Assembly: GCA_951406725.2 (NCBI GenBank)
Contig: OX597817.1
Span: 100,874,001 to 100,938,000 of the forward strand
Origin: Octopus vulgaris
Taxonomy: Eukaryota
DNA length: 64,000 bases
Reading direction: 5' to 3'
This document shows, one piece after another, positions 38,361-54,539 of this stretch (position 1 is the first letter of the stretch; every line of letters begins with the position of its first letter). Position numbers and translations under genes: made by a program. A model generated the notes under the pieces. It made no database searches. It worked only from the letters and a program-made list of their open reading frames with translations, and was not told where the DNA came from.

Positions 38361-39215
38361 TAGTAATTAATGAAATCTTTTAGAAATTAAGACACTCAGG
38401 TCTTCAGTTAGAAATGATAATTTCACCTTAGTTCCTTTTCAAATAACCTCTATTCTGGTTCTACACGAAAAGTCGTGATGAATACTATCACACGGTAACA
38501 TTAAATTTTCGATTCTTTCTTTCGTTAGATTTATCTCTTTGTATTTTTCCTCGATTTTTATTGCATTTTATTCCTATTTTTTACCCTCTTCCCTTTTCCT
38601 CTCCACATAGGAGCAATATTTTATTATAAAAATAACTTACATAAAAACTTGCGCATGAGCACACATTAGTGAACTAAAATGTATGCAAAGTGTGTATTGA
38701 GAAAGAAATCAATACAAATGTAGTGTCAAAATACAATTTCTCTATTTTTAAGTTTACAGAGACCTCGAAGTTTCAATGCTGTGGGTTTGTTAAAATTTCA
38801 AAATTGGTTTATTAAAAAAAAAAGTTTATAATTGTATTAATTACTTTTATTAGAAAAAATCCCATGATTAGATGAGTGAATCCTCGAGGTGGTTAAAAGA
38901 TGAATGTATGAAATTGAAAGTAGCAGGTCTAATTATTATAAAATTAGAAGTCTTCTTTATTGGGAGAGACTAAATTGAAAAACAGATGCAAAACAAAGGT
39001 AATAGCAGAAATGAAAATTATGAAGAAATTTTGAGGCCAGATGATATACAATATGGCACGAAAAGCAAAACAAACACACATGTCAGTTCATAGAGAAGCT
39101 GATCATCACATATGCGAGTAAATATTTACAATCCACAAGTACAATTGCAGCAACACACTCCACTCTCCTGTAAAATTATGCAATACCTTAGAATGCACAC
39201 GCACACACACACACG

Positions 39216-39302
<87 letters not shown>

Positions 39303-39309
39303 ACACACA

Positions 39310-39560
39310 TATATAAGGCTGAAAAGTGACACACGAGTTGATATATATGGAAAAAAGTCAAGGTGGAAAATGCTAAAAGAATTTTATAAAAAACATTTCA
39401 GTACCGGTTTCAGTCATTGAGACTTTTTCAACTGTAAGTATGGAAAACAATTAAATTTTGGAAAAATTAAAAGAAAAGTTTTTTAAAAGAATATTTGCAT
39501 AGTATTCAAATACAGGGGGCACTTTCCTTGTTTCTACCTGTCTCTGTCTCTCTTGTTTAA
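39310..39560 (-). mobile_element. solo pLTR-like repeat with hammerhead, flanked by microsatellites
   Basis: Shares ~165 bp with 55224-55387. The distal end resembles 130-190. Confidence 0.7.
39399..39434 (-). ncRNA. minimal type-I hammerhead ribozyme, U3-A8 variant
   Basis: Reverse complement: CAG-TTGAAAA-AGTC tcaat GACT-GAAA-CCGG-TA-CTG. Stems I and II pair perfectly and helix III is the palindrome ACCGGT. Confidence 0.75.
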
Positions 39561-39562
39561 GA

Positions 39563-39608
<46 letters not shown>

Positions 39609-40199
39609 AATTTTACATACATACAGTGAGACAGAAAAGTAAAACTTAGAGATTACTGTAGGAATAGACTACTGAGGGCAAAATAATGAAATGAAGAATT
39701 TAGAAAATGAGCTTATCATGATTAATCCAACTATTCTCAACACTTCTTGTGTTGCTGTTCGTGTTTAGACAGGAACAACAACACGAGGGTACCCCAGCTG
39801 TGGCAAATCACATATCATTAAGTATATCTAATGCTAAATTATTAGCCAATGTGTTCTTCCTTTTTAAAATGGTGTGGTGATATTTTGAGGAAAACCTAGC
39901 TGATATTAGTAACCAAAAATGGTTTCCCCGCAGAATTTAGTGATGCGAATTTCAACTCAAAATTTGATTTATTTTAAGAGCCTCTTAAGATGTCACATAA
40001 TCTTTGTTCTCCAGTCAAGAAAGTCTAATTTTATTAAATCTGTAACCCTTGGTAATAATTTACACATCTTTCATTCAAATATTCATAAATTCAGTACAGT
40101 ATTACATGCCTTTATGTAATCTATACAAGGAGTATGCAGGTTCATTTCCTGCTTGAAGTTTTCTATTTTAATATATGTTAATATTTATCAATAATGAGG

Positions 40200-40490
40200 T
40201 GGTGAAAGGCGACGAATCGTTAGCAGACTAAAATGCCTAGCGGGGTTTCGGCGTGCTAACGATTCTGGCGAAATGCTTAGCGGCATTTCGGCGTGCTTAT
40301 GATTCGGTTGAAATGCTTAGCGGCAATTCGTCCGTCTTTACGGTCTGAGTCAAAACTCTCTCGAGGTCGATTTTGCCTCTGATCCTTTTGGTGTCGATAA
40401 AAGAAGTACCAGTTGAACACTGGGGTCGATGTAATCCACTTACTCCCTTCCCCGAAATTGCTGGCCTGGTGCCACAATTTAGAATCAATA
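40200..40490 (+). mobile_element. family-A SINE with internal 40-bp tandem rearrangement
   Basis: AAATGC(C/T)TAGCGG at 40231, 40271 and 40311, followed by the normal SINE body. Confidence 0.8.
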
Positions 40491-40599
40491 TTTATCAATA
40501 ATTAATCTTTACAAGTATGCAGGCCTGTTATTCTCTTCATCTGCCATACTTACATCATCAACCACAGGTTATTCATCCCTTCATTCCCAAACACAACTT

Positions 40600-41345
40600 A
40601 GTATATTTCCGAGTCGGTCATTCTGTAGCTAGGAGATAAAGCCGTCGACTGTCATCTCTTTCTGTCTTTACTGGCTTCCTTCATTCATTTGTTAGTTTTT
40701 GTCAGTTTTTCAGTTGTCATGAAGCGTGAAAGCTTTTATTTTCTCATATGACATCTAGTGAACTTAGCCTGTTGCCGCCTTATATATTATCAAGACCTTT
40801 TTCTAGTAGCTTCTGTTCGTCTAAGATCCTCGATGTTTGCCTCTCAACTATATAGGATATCTTAAGCAATCATCAGAGGACTCGCATCTCTACAGTATTG
40901 AGAAGCTTTTGCTATGTTTATTGACGTTCTAGGTCTCACAGCCATATATACAGATGAATCCACTGTATGTTTCTGAAGCTCTTTCTTTCATTCTTAACGC
41001 ATTCTTGACCTGCCTATCCTCCACTTTCTGTCTCATATATGTAATGAGGATTTCCAAATGTTTAAAGCTATCGATTTGTCTCATTATCGTTCGGTAAATA
41101 TGTAGCAGATGGATTAAATTTGAGAGCCTCATTATACCTTTTTGTCTGTTGAAACTCAGACCTATCGTTTCACTCACAGTACTCAGCAATACTAACTAAA
41201 GTGTGTAGATCTTCCTTCGTTATAGTCATGAGAACTGTGTCGTCCGCATAACGGATATTTTCGATGTTTTATCTTATCTGTATTCCTGGTACATGTTTAA
41301 TAGATTGGATAATTATTTCGTTATGTAATGGAAACAGACCCGTCG
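40600..41345 (-). mobile_element. degenerate RTE (BovB-like) LINE RT/C-terminal fragment
   Basis: Reverse-strand NIRYADDTVL (~41235-41262), IDSFKHL, YGCET. Confidence 0.7.
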
Positions 41346-41699
41346 ATACCAACATTAACCAAATCTATACACCAACAAGCGAGAGCAGCGACCATGAACT
41401 TGAAAAATTTTAGGACCCTTCCCCCCCACCGAAAAAACAACATTGGAGCGATGCAAGTCTCAAGAAAACATCATTCAAAATGACTTAAATGTACAAGTAG
41501 GATAAGGTAAAAAAGATATGTAGGTCTGTATAACTTTGACAACTGCAATGAGAGGCTTATAAAATGGAAAAATTTGGTAAAATCGGCTCGGTAACAGTTG
41601 GTTTTAAATGCTGAACAGCAGATGACGGACTTGGAAAGCTCAATAAATTAAATTTAGTGTTAATAAGAAAGACGTACTACAATTCCATTAAAAGCTGTA

Positions 41700-42350
41700 A
41701 ATTCTCTCCAGCTGTAGAAAGCTTCTTCTGCAATATTTTCATTTTCTAGATGGAAGTTTATTCGCATCAAGTTGTGAGGTCAAGTTGGTTTGAACATCGA
41801 GCAAATGATAGTATTCCTTGAAAGCCACTGATAATTTTCACACTCCTGTTATGTTCTACGTCATTAGATAAGTTGGCTTAGTGTCATCATTCAGCAAAAG
41901 CTCTGGCAGGTGGATGTGAGATGGAGCGGGTATCTCATTAGTATGCAAAACAGGTTTATGTTTACAGATTATTGATCAGGATAGGTTCACTTTTATTTTG
42001 ATAATTTCGATTGATATCCTTTATGTTGAAAATGTGGCAATAACAACCCACCGTAATTGTTTTTGTTACGATCCATAATACTGGAATTTTACAATTTCAG
42101 GCACATCTGCGTATTACAACCTTATTAATGTTAATTTCCTATGCACATTTTGGAGGCCACAATTCATCTTGGTCTCCAAGCAAAATAGGCACTCTTCAAA
42201 TAATTCGAAATAGATGTTCGATGTTCATTGAAAGTTTTCTCGCAATAAATTCAGCAGAAGCTGCCTGAATAGTTCGTGCACCATCTTTATGAAGAAACCA
42301 CGTCTTTGGAATATGGAAACACAATATACAGACCAAATTTAATTCGCTAC
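41700..42350 (-). mobile_element. possible degenerate DNA-transposase remnant
   Basis: Reverse-strand NDVEHNRSVKII loosely resembles an NDxAERGVKLI transposase C-terminal motif. No ORF. Confidence 0.2.
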
Positions 42351-43707
42351 GCAGGTTTAATGTCACAAGTAAGTAGATAATTTAAGTTTACGAATTTAGA
42401 ATTTATCGAATTTATCGAATTTAGAATTTATCTTACATAACATACGGTTCTAACAAGCAATTTGCTATCGAAGATATAGAAGATAGCAAATAGAAGATTA
42501 GACTACATTGCATTTACTTGTTACGCACGTACATCCAAACTACATATGACCACCTTCGTTTATTGACCAATTCATTTGGACAAGAAAGATTGTCCTTCCG
42601 TTTTCATTATTTTCCATACATTTTCTTAATTAAATTCTGTAACTGTATATAACATGAACACTAAGGAAATAATGACAAAACCACAAATATAACTACCTTA
42701 AATTTAATTTCTTAATTATTAAAAAGAATGTTAGTGTAGCTAACAAAAACAAAATAAAAAAATAAGGTCTTTTGAATGAAACTGATGCGTTCAGTTTTTA
42801 TCACCTTAAAAAGTATGACATTTCCACTTTGGGTAGCGCTAAATTAGTTTGTATTCCTGTTTTATCTTGAAGACTTTACAGTTTAGAATTAATATAAGTT
42901 ACTTGAGCTTCTCAATTGGAGAAGTTCTATGGAGTGAAGTAACGATAAAAGAGAATAGCAAGCTATAGTAAACTGCAACTGAAATCCCTAATTTCAGTAT
43001 ATAAAAAGGTTAACAGTGTTTTCAAAAGTAGGACTGCTTAAGGAAAACTGATGGTATATTTGAAATCAGTGCCCTTAATATACTCTGGGAACCAAAATTG
43101 TTCATGTTGCCCTATGAAATTGGTACTGATTTTACTTCCATATTCAACATCCTGCTTATTTCAATTTCAAGGCCTTGGCTTTTAATAGTTTCTTCACTTC
43201 TTTTCGAGCAATGTTTTTGACAGAATTACTTACTGGTTACGATGGCCATGTCCATGTTACATCAGTTTACCTTCTTTAGACACATTGTGCCATTTTTACA
43301 GTATGTATAATCCGTCATTTTATGCTTGAATTCCCATGGATCCTTGTGTTAAGTTTGTTTTATTATTATTTCTTTAGAATCTATTGATAATTCACTGAAA
43401 TATCTCCTGGAAGAAACAGTCAAATTTTTCGAAGTGTCATATCTAGCATGGCTTTCACTGACTTGACACATCAACAGACTTTTTAAATCTTTCCTTTTCT
43501 AGAAAGGTATCATTATTTAAAAAAATACAATTTGCGCTATTTGGGTTTTTATTTTCTTATACATATGGGATTCTTCTTTTTTCTTTTCGCTAAATAAGGA
43601 TTGCACTTTTCGTTTTACGTTTTCGATTTATGCAGTATATTTATAACAACAGCAACAACAATAATATTAACAAGAGCAGCAGCAGCAACAACAATAATAA
43701 TAGTGAT

Positions 43708-43915
43708 TTCAAATTATTGTACAAGACCAGCAATTTTAGAAGAGTGGGTAAATCGATTACATCGACACCAGTGTCCAACTGGTACTTATTTTATCGACTC
43801 CAGAAAAATGAAAGCAAAGTCAACCTCGGCAGAATTTGAACTCAGAACGTAAAGACAGACGAAATGCCGGTAAGCATTTCGCCCGGCGGGCTAACGATTC
43901 TACCAGCCTGCCGTC
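43708..43915 (-). mobile_element. family-A SINE
   Basis: Reverse-complement homolog of 31170-31380. Confidence 0.8.
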
Positions 43916-44009
43916 TTAACAAGAGCAGATAATGATACTCTCTTTTATGTGGCATCAGAGCGCTGGATAAGGGGGAAATCACAGAGGTATACATAAAGTA
44001 CTTTTTTTT

Positions 44010-44210
44010 CTTTACTTGTTTCAATTATTCAACTGCAGTCATGGTAGGGTACCACCTTAAGGGATTTAGTCGAACCTTCGATTTCAAGATTTTTCAAAGC
44101 CTACCGGTCAATTTGGCCGAACCACTATGTTACGGTGACGTAAACAAAGCAACACCTGTTGTCAAACAATGGTGGAGGAGAAAAGCAAACACAGAGACAA
44201 GCATACACAC
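44010..44210 (-). mobile_element. family-B SINE 3' fragment
   Basis: Reverse-complement match to the 3' half of 30595-31005. Confidence 0.65.
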
Positions 44211-44243
44211 ACACATATGTATGTGTGTGTGTGCATTTACCAT

Positions 44244-44528
44244 CGTTCTATAGTTATCATAGTTCATTTTTTTGTATACATTGTATACTTGTATTTCATG
44301 ATTTTCTGTTAATCTCCATAGAGGCATGGGTGTGTGTGGAGGAAGTTAGCTTCCCAGCTACATAACACACTGGGCAAGTGTCTTCTACGATAGCCTCGGG
44401 CTGACCAGAGCCTTGTGGATGAATTTGGTGGATAGAAACTGATAAAACCCGTTATATATATATATATATATGTATATATAATGTATGTATATCAAATTAT
44501 ATATATATATGTATGTATATATACATAC

Positions 44529-44577
<49 letters not shown>

Positions 44578-44797
44578 GGTTTTTCAGTTTCCGTCCACCA
44601 AATTCACCCACAAGACATTGGTTAGCCCGATACTATAGTAGAAGACACTTGCCCATTGTGCTATGTAGTTGAGAAGCAAGCTTCTTCCACACAGCCATGC
44701 CTGTATGGAGATTAACAGAAAATCGAATGAGAAAAAAAACATGAAATACAAGTATACAATGTATACAAAAATAATAAACGATGATAGCTATAGAACG
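44244..44797. repeat. foldback structure: ~210-bp inverted arms each containing a SINE-B head, (TA)n centre
   Basis: CGTTCTATAG...TGTATACATTGTATACTTGTATTTCATG...ATCTCCATA-GGCATGG (44244-44455) is the inverse of 44577-44797. Confidence 0.85.
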
Positions 44798-45063
44798 TTT
44801 ATCATAACAATCGCCGACCTAAAAGTTCTCTGGAGCAGACTAGCCAGTTAATTTTTGTTGATGCTCAGTGCTTGCTGGAGAACTCTTTCCCGACACTCAT
44901 TCTCTATAAATTGCTAGACGGTATTTACATTTACCTCTGTTTTAAGTATTAATACGATGTGTGTACTATTTTTTCATCTTTATGAGCTGTGCTTTATTGT
45001 TAGCTAAATATTGACATGACTATGTTTGGTGCAATTCTCATTATTCCGTTTCTTTATCTAGAA

Positions 45064-45944
45064 CTAGCAGTACAACCCGACCTTGCCCTGGATTAAGTTA
45101 CGATTATTAAGCTAATCAAGTTTCTATTTCACACCAAACTAAGTAATATCGACGTTAAATTTGGGCGAAATCCGTTGAAATTGGTTATATTATATATATA
45201 TTATATATATTATATATATATAATATAATATAATATAAATATATACGGGCAACAGACACGAGCACACATGCACACACGTACGTACGTACACCTATTGCAT
45301 GTTTTGTGCATATATACATGTTCATAAACAGAAATGAATGGAAAAAATGTTGTTAAATTTGTAGATTAACACGATTTTCACTAAGAAAAAAATCGGCTTT
45401 TTTTGCGTGGAATCAACTACTATGGCATCCTAATATGCTACAAAACCCTTTTTGTGGTCCGTGAAAAAGATGGGGGAAAAAGATGAACGATTTAAAATAT
45501 ATTGTAATTGTTGTGTGAGAAAGTATATATACTATGATTATAAAATATAGTGTCTTTCAAAAAAGAGAAAACATTTTACATTTTATTTTTTATGAACGTC
45601 TTCACTTACTCTCTCTCTCCCGCTCTCACTTTGTCTTTCCCATGAAACTCTCTGCCTCCTTCTTCCACTTTTCTTTATCTTATTTTTTTTTGTTAGACGA
45701 CGTCAAAAAGCCATGGCTGATATTTTTTATGGCTAAAAGCTATGGTTGAAAATATAATTTTACGCTATCCGCGGGTGCCTCGGGAAAAATATAAGTTGAC
45801 AAAACCCAGATAGGATGTTGACGAATGTCCTCCTAAAATTTGAGCGACATGCGTGCTAATTTGTGGATGTGCATAAACTACAATCACGTACACATACACA
45901 CACACACACGCACGCACACACATGTTGCCTTATATATATACAGA
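45064..45944 (-). mobile_element. non-autonomous Helitron
   Basis: Reverse strand starts a^TCTGTATATATATAAGGC. It ends with the imperfect hairpin CCAGGGCAAGGTCGGG followed by TTGTACTG-CTAG^t. Confidence 0.7.
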
Positions 45945-48119
45945 TGACACAAGCGTTCTTAATTTTCCTCATTTCAAGGTCGCCTTGTAAGATTTTCTAA
46001 TTCAAATCTCTTGAAATTATGTGACAAGTATTTACTGTGTACTGTGAGCAGCCGTGTTTCTAGTTGTTCATCACTGCAGTGCACAGCTTGCGGTCGTCCA
46101 TATATAAAATATAGTTGTTTGTCTTTCCGTAGCTTTTGCTTCTAATATCGGTAAGTTGTAGTAAGTCGTCTAATACTGTTACGCCACACACACAAAATCC
46201 AAACAAATTTCTATTTCACATTATGTCTAATATTCATATATTTGATTAAACTATGTAAAGTGCTGGTGGACTTAATTTGCTGCAAGGGGTTACTATCAGT
46301 ATAAATATAAAGGACCGCTTATTACTTAGACAATGGTACATAAGGGTATTTACTCAGTCAAATGTAGATTAGATAGATAAGAAATGTAGAAATGCATTTA
46401 GTTTCTTCCCTGGTATATCATCCTTCTAAAATAATTTGTTACACATAAAAATATTAAAAAATTCTGTAAACTGTCACAGAGATAATTGTATTGTTTAACA
46501 ATATTTTAAAGAAAGTGTGGAAGGTTTCAGGAAAGCGTGACTAAAATGCACGACTAAATGTTTTATCGTTAAATATTTCTTAATAAAAGCCAGACCAATG
46601 CATTTTCAAAACAGTTGACCATAACAATATTTTGTGTCCTTCTCCGTTCCTATTTAAAACTATACTAGGGCAAGTTGCCCCTGAGCTCGATAAAATATTA
46701 TCTGAATTATACTAAATATGATTTAGATATGATGTTCTTTTCAGTATTTAGCTTTGAACCTAAGAAACACATCACTATGTTAACAAAGATATTGCTAACT
46801 CATTTAGTACAAAGTAAATTCCCCTGAACTATCATTTCCATTTACACCATTGGCACCACAACTTTCCATTTACTTCACTTTCCTGTTACAAATAAGTAAA
46901 ATCTCCAGTGAAATCTCCAATTTAATTCCGATATCAAAGTGATTTGCTTTCCTTGCACCGTTAGTCTTTTGAAGTTTCTGTAATTCTCTGGTCGCATGCT
47001 TGTTAAATTAAGTTTACGCTACAGCCCTACATCGCATTTAATTACTATTTTACAAGTGCAAGAATTTTATAATATAATGTAGTTTTCTATGTAAATATAT
47101 CTAAGCATTCAACAAGATTACATCTTGGTACGTGGTCAAGAGGTTAGGATCAGAAGATCGTGGATTCAATTACTGAAGTGTGCGACACGTTTTATTCTTG
47201 AGAAAAGCACTTCATTCCATGTAGTCCAACTCTACTCAGCTGAAAATCAGTACTGGATGATGTCTTGGGTATATCTTTCCCTCTCCAGCAGTTACATCTC
47301 TGATGTTTCGCTGGGTAAAAAGTAGAAGGGTAGATAAGGTGTCAATGTTTGCTAGTGGGAAACGAAAATAACAAGCGAAATACTTGCTTGCAAGACACAG
47401 CTATGCATTTTTCTTTATACCGAGATTACAATGTTGATGAAATTATATGCTACGTGGAAAATATTAAGAAAATATGAATTTGTATATCGATAAGCATGTG
47501 AATATATAAGAAAATGTGAATATATATATATTCTGAATATTAATTATCCTTACAAGACAAGACTAATGAATATTTTTTTAGAGTAATTAATTAAATCGTA
47601 TCAACATCACCATTTTCATTAACTGTGATCGAAATATGGATGGATAATTCCAAATATATTATTTTAGATGCATTAGCATTTTATCCTTAGCGTCCACGAA
47701 GAAAATTATACCTATAATATGTAATTATGATTAGCTTGTGTGTAAATAACTGTGATATTTAATGACTAACGTTTTAATGGAGAGACATTCGCCATATAGT
47801 ATGTGGCGTGAGTTCCGAGCTACAAAGAATTTAGTTAAAAAGGATTAGATGTATGGTATTGCAGATACTTTTATCAGGTAAAAAAAAGAGTATTAAAAAA
47901 TTAGAAAGAACCAATTTTTGCATGAATTAAGGAAATTTTATTGGCCGAAATAATGAACTAGCGAAAACAACACTGCATACTTCATATATCTAAGATAGAA
48001 CAAAACAAGGTATAGTTATGAAACTATTGAAATAGATCATTAAAAATACAAGAAACAAAATAGTGGAAACTACTAATTGTTACCCAAGTTTCAACCAATT
48101 TCAATTAGCCACTCCATAA

Positions 48120-48500
48120 CCCTGTGCACCTCTGGATGGTTGAATTACAGCAGTTCATAATCTTGTAAAGAGGCTTGCATCAGCAATCTATTTCTTCTAT
48201 GCCCCCTATAATTAGAGTCCCTCTCATTGCAAATAGGTTTTCAGCGTTTTTCTAGGGGGTCTCCGGAGCGATCATGTAGTCTTCGTGGTAATTGGACTTG
48301 GATGTCTATCCAGACTCCTTCGGATAGTATACCGTTTCTAGTTACTTCAGTATACTAAACTGAACCATAAAGATGACGATGAACTAAGAGTTAAAATTAT
48401 TGCCAATGTATCCCTCATTTTGCTTCGTCACATGTTGTGACCTACCGTAACGGGCTTTCATATGACGCACCATTCACCCTTGCTTCTCCGCCCTAAATTG
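48120..48500 (-). mobile_element. possible degenerate LINE RT remnant
   Basis: Reverse-strand DSNYRGI...LYKIM (~48155-48220) and ETVYYPK. Confidence 0.3.
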
Positions 48501-49131
48501 AAAAATTAAGCACATACGATTCCACAACCTATTTTTGAACCGCATTAGGGTTACCTCCAGTTGTTGCTTCGATAGCATAGGAAGGCTCCTACGCCTTTGA
48601 TGTTGCAGAGATTCGTGATCCTTTGTCGAACAAAGTTGTTTTCTTTTGTCATGACACAAATTTGTCTGCTCCGTCCATACATTTAGCTCCTCCATATTTC
48701 TAATAAAACTGCAGAAATAATTTATAGTCTTGTATCGTTCATAGTTCATCAAATTTTGCTTGTCTTCTTCACTTTGCAAAAAATTGTGGTGTTCTTATTG
48801 TTAATAGAATCCTTTAAATTATCTTAAAGTTTTTAACCATTAAAGGATAATTATTGTTTCAGAGAATGATTCAGAGAAATTGAATTTTTACTTTTACTTT
48901 TATTCTTAGGTTTGCCCTGTATTTTGGCCACTTCATTGGGTTTTATTTTGCTGACAAGTCACATAAGCAAATTAAACAAACAGAAAATAGAATTAAATCT
49001 AAAAATATTCCTCCAAGTAATGAGATTGGCATCCAGCTGAAATTTATTCAAAAACGGAATACTTTTCCTTCAGTCGCACTTGGCAATTAGTTCAAAAACC
49101 TGGAAACAGCTTTTAACATGCTTATAAACAA

Positions 49132-51849
<2,718 letters not shown>

Positions 51850-52002
51850 TATTTCAACAACACAATTCATCACTTAACCTGGTCGCATATGTATATATTT
51901 GTTTATTTATAGTTATACATAGGGCAAAAGAGGCCTCTCTCATCTCTTTCTTCCTCCTCTCGCTGTTTTTCTCTCCCTCTCTGTCACTTCTGACGTGTAT
52001 TA

Positions 52003-52060
<58 letters not shown>

Positions 52061-52153
52061 ATGTATATATGTATGTATGTATATATATATATATGTATGT
52101 ATATATTTATATATGTATGCAAGTATATATATGTATGTATGTATATATATATG

Positions 52154-52206
<53 letters not shown>

Positions 52207-52232
52207 TCTTTTTTTACGCCGCACGCAGGCCT

Positions 52233-52288
52233 ACGATGCCAGGTCCTCACACGATGCCAGGTCCTCACACGATGCCAGGTCCTCACAC
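52233..52288. repeat. perfect 18-bp tandem repeat x3 (ACGATGCCAGGTCCTCAC)
   Basis: Units start at 52233, 52251 and 52269. Confidence 0.95.
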
Positions 52289-52962
52289 AAGCAGCTCGCG
52301 GTTTGCTGGCCCAGAGAAGCTCGCGTGCGACGACGCTCAGTAAATCAGAAACCCACTCCGGACAGTGAAGCAGCGAAACGCATCCAGTAGAGCCAACAAC
52401 AACAAAAATAACACACATGAGTTGCGTAGTCAAAGTAATTTTTTTTAAGCAAAACATGCAACAACAATGTTTAACAAAACATTCAACAACAATTCTTTGG
52501 AAAGTTCTTATTTTTTTCTTTCCTTAGTTCCTTAAAAAAAAAACACATTTAATATTTAACAACATTTTCTTTTTCTTTTTTTTAAACACAAAGTTCGTTT
52601 CTCAAAACATTTAACACAGTCCTTTTTCTTCTTTCTTCTCTTTGTTTTCTGTTCCCTTCTTTTAAAAGCAGTCAACAACTCAGTTCTTTTTCCTTTATAT
52701 ATATATATGCAGCACGGACTTTGTCAGTGAACAGGTCGCGGATTTTAGCGGCGAAAATATTTTGACAAATTAAACTTAAATGTTGAAGTGAATCGAACGG
52801 CTTTTGTGTGTTTCTTAAATGGCTTATAAACACCTTCCACGCTGCAATTGTTTTCGTTTCAGCACACGATCTCAGATCAAATTACTTGCTATGCGAGTAC
52901 ATCTCCGTAATATATATGTATATATATATGTATATATATTTATATATATATATATAAATATG

Positions 52963-53044
<82 letters not shown>

Positions 53045-53360
53045 TAAAAGGAGTTCCAACCTTGTCTGATTTTCACGTTTTATTTACAATCTTATGATAT
53101 AATATAATATAATATAATATAATAAAATAAAATAATAGAATGTTAAACGTTCATTCTGATTGAACTAGTACTTTCATACATTAAATTCTACAATCTTCAG
53201 GTTCATGTAGTAGTGGTGACAGTCATGCTTCACAATTTTTGACTGTAGCGAGATGATTAAATCTGTGCCTTAAATACAGCAGTGTAGGCTCCAGATTGCT
53301 AGGTTTTGCAAACTGTATTCTGACTAATCAGTGTGTAGTATCACTCAATTACTTAAGCTG

Positions 53361-53636
53361 ATTGGTTGGTTGAGCTGATTGGTTTAGGCGTCACGCTTTG
53401 TTGAACATGTCAAAAGTTCTATTGCCACCACCATCACAACTAGCAACAATAATTAAGGTGCTACAATGATGATGATGACAATTGAAATATAAAAATATAA
53501 AAATCTCTGACAAAGGTTATTTACAACATTTCTAAAAATAGCCCAACAATTGCTGCCTCGGCCAGGGTTAAGATACAGGACTCTTGACATGTTCAACAAA
53601 GCGTGACGCCTAAACCAATCAGCTCAACCAACCAAT
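53361..53636. repeat. perfect 53-bp inverted repeat with 170-bp spacer (MITE-like)
   Basis: 53361-53413 is the exact reverse complement of 53584-53636. Confidence 0.9.
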
Positions 53637-53745
53637 AAAAAATAATAAGTTTGCTTCTCAATCTCGTGGTTCCGGGTTCATTCCCAACTTCTTAGCACAC
53701 AGCTATGCTTATGCCTTTCTCTCTCTCTCTTTCTCTCTCTCTCTT

Positions 53746-53855
<110 letters not shown>

Positions 53856-54501
53856 CATACACACATATGTCTGTATCTGTCTGCCTGTGTGTACGCCTGG
53901 ATGGGTGTCTATTTAGTGTGTGTATTAGCGTGGCCCTGTTTATTATTTTAAGCTATTTATGCCTCGTAACGTTGTTTATTGGTGAAAAGAAATCGATAAA
54001 ATAAATGTCACAATGAAATATGTACTGGAATACAGATGATGGCTAAACCAATGAGGACGGAATCCCATTGTAGCCGCAATCTAAAAACAGAAACCAGTAA
54101 ACTATTAAGAAAACAGTTAGAGAATATATGAATTTTTCTATCTCGAGTAGGCCGATTGTATTGTCTTCCGTGACTGATTTCGTAAGACCGATCTATTATT
54201 TGACCTGTCAATGATCATAGGGGAAAGAAAATTAAAATGTTCGTTACACACTTAGAATGGTAAACGTGATATATCACAAATTTTGGAGACATTTGATATG
54301 CTGAGCCTCTGGTAAAGCGTTTATTATTAATCTCCACTTCGTAACTGAACGCACTGGTATTCAGTTTCAATTTCCACTTAATTTCCACTTCTCTACAGTC
54401 AACCTAATCCCCCTAAAGCACTTTCATTCCTGAACACACACACACACACACACACACGTATATATATATGTATAAAAACATTTGTACATACATTTTTATG
54501 C

Positions 54502-54539
<38 letters not shown>

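Noticed and set aside
52233-52288. CRISPR-like array
   Set aside because: The repeats are contiguous with no spacers, the context is eukaryotic, and there are no cas genes.
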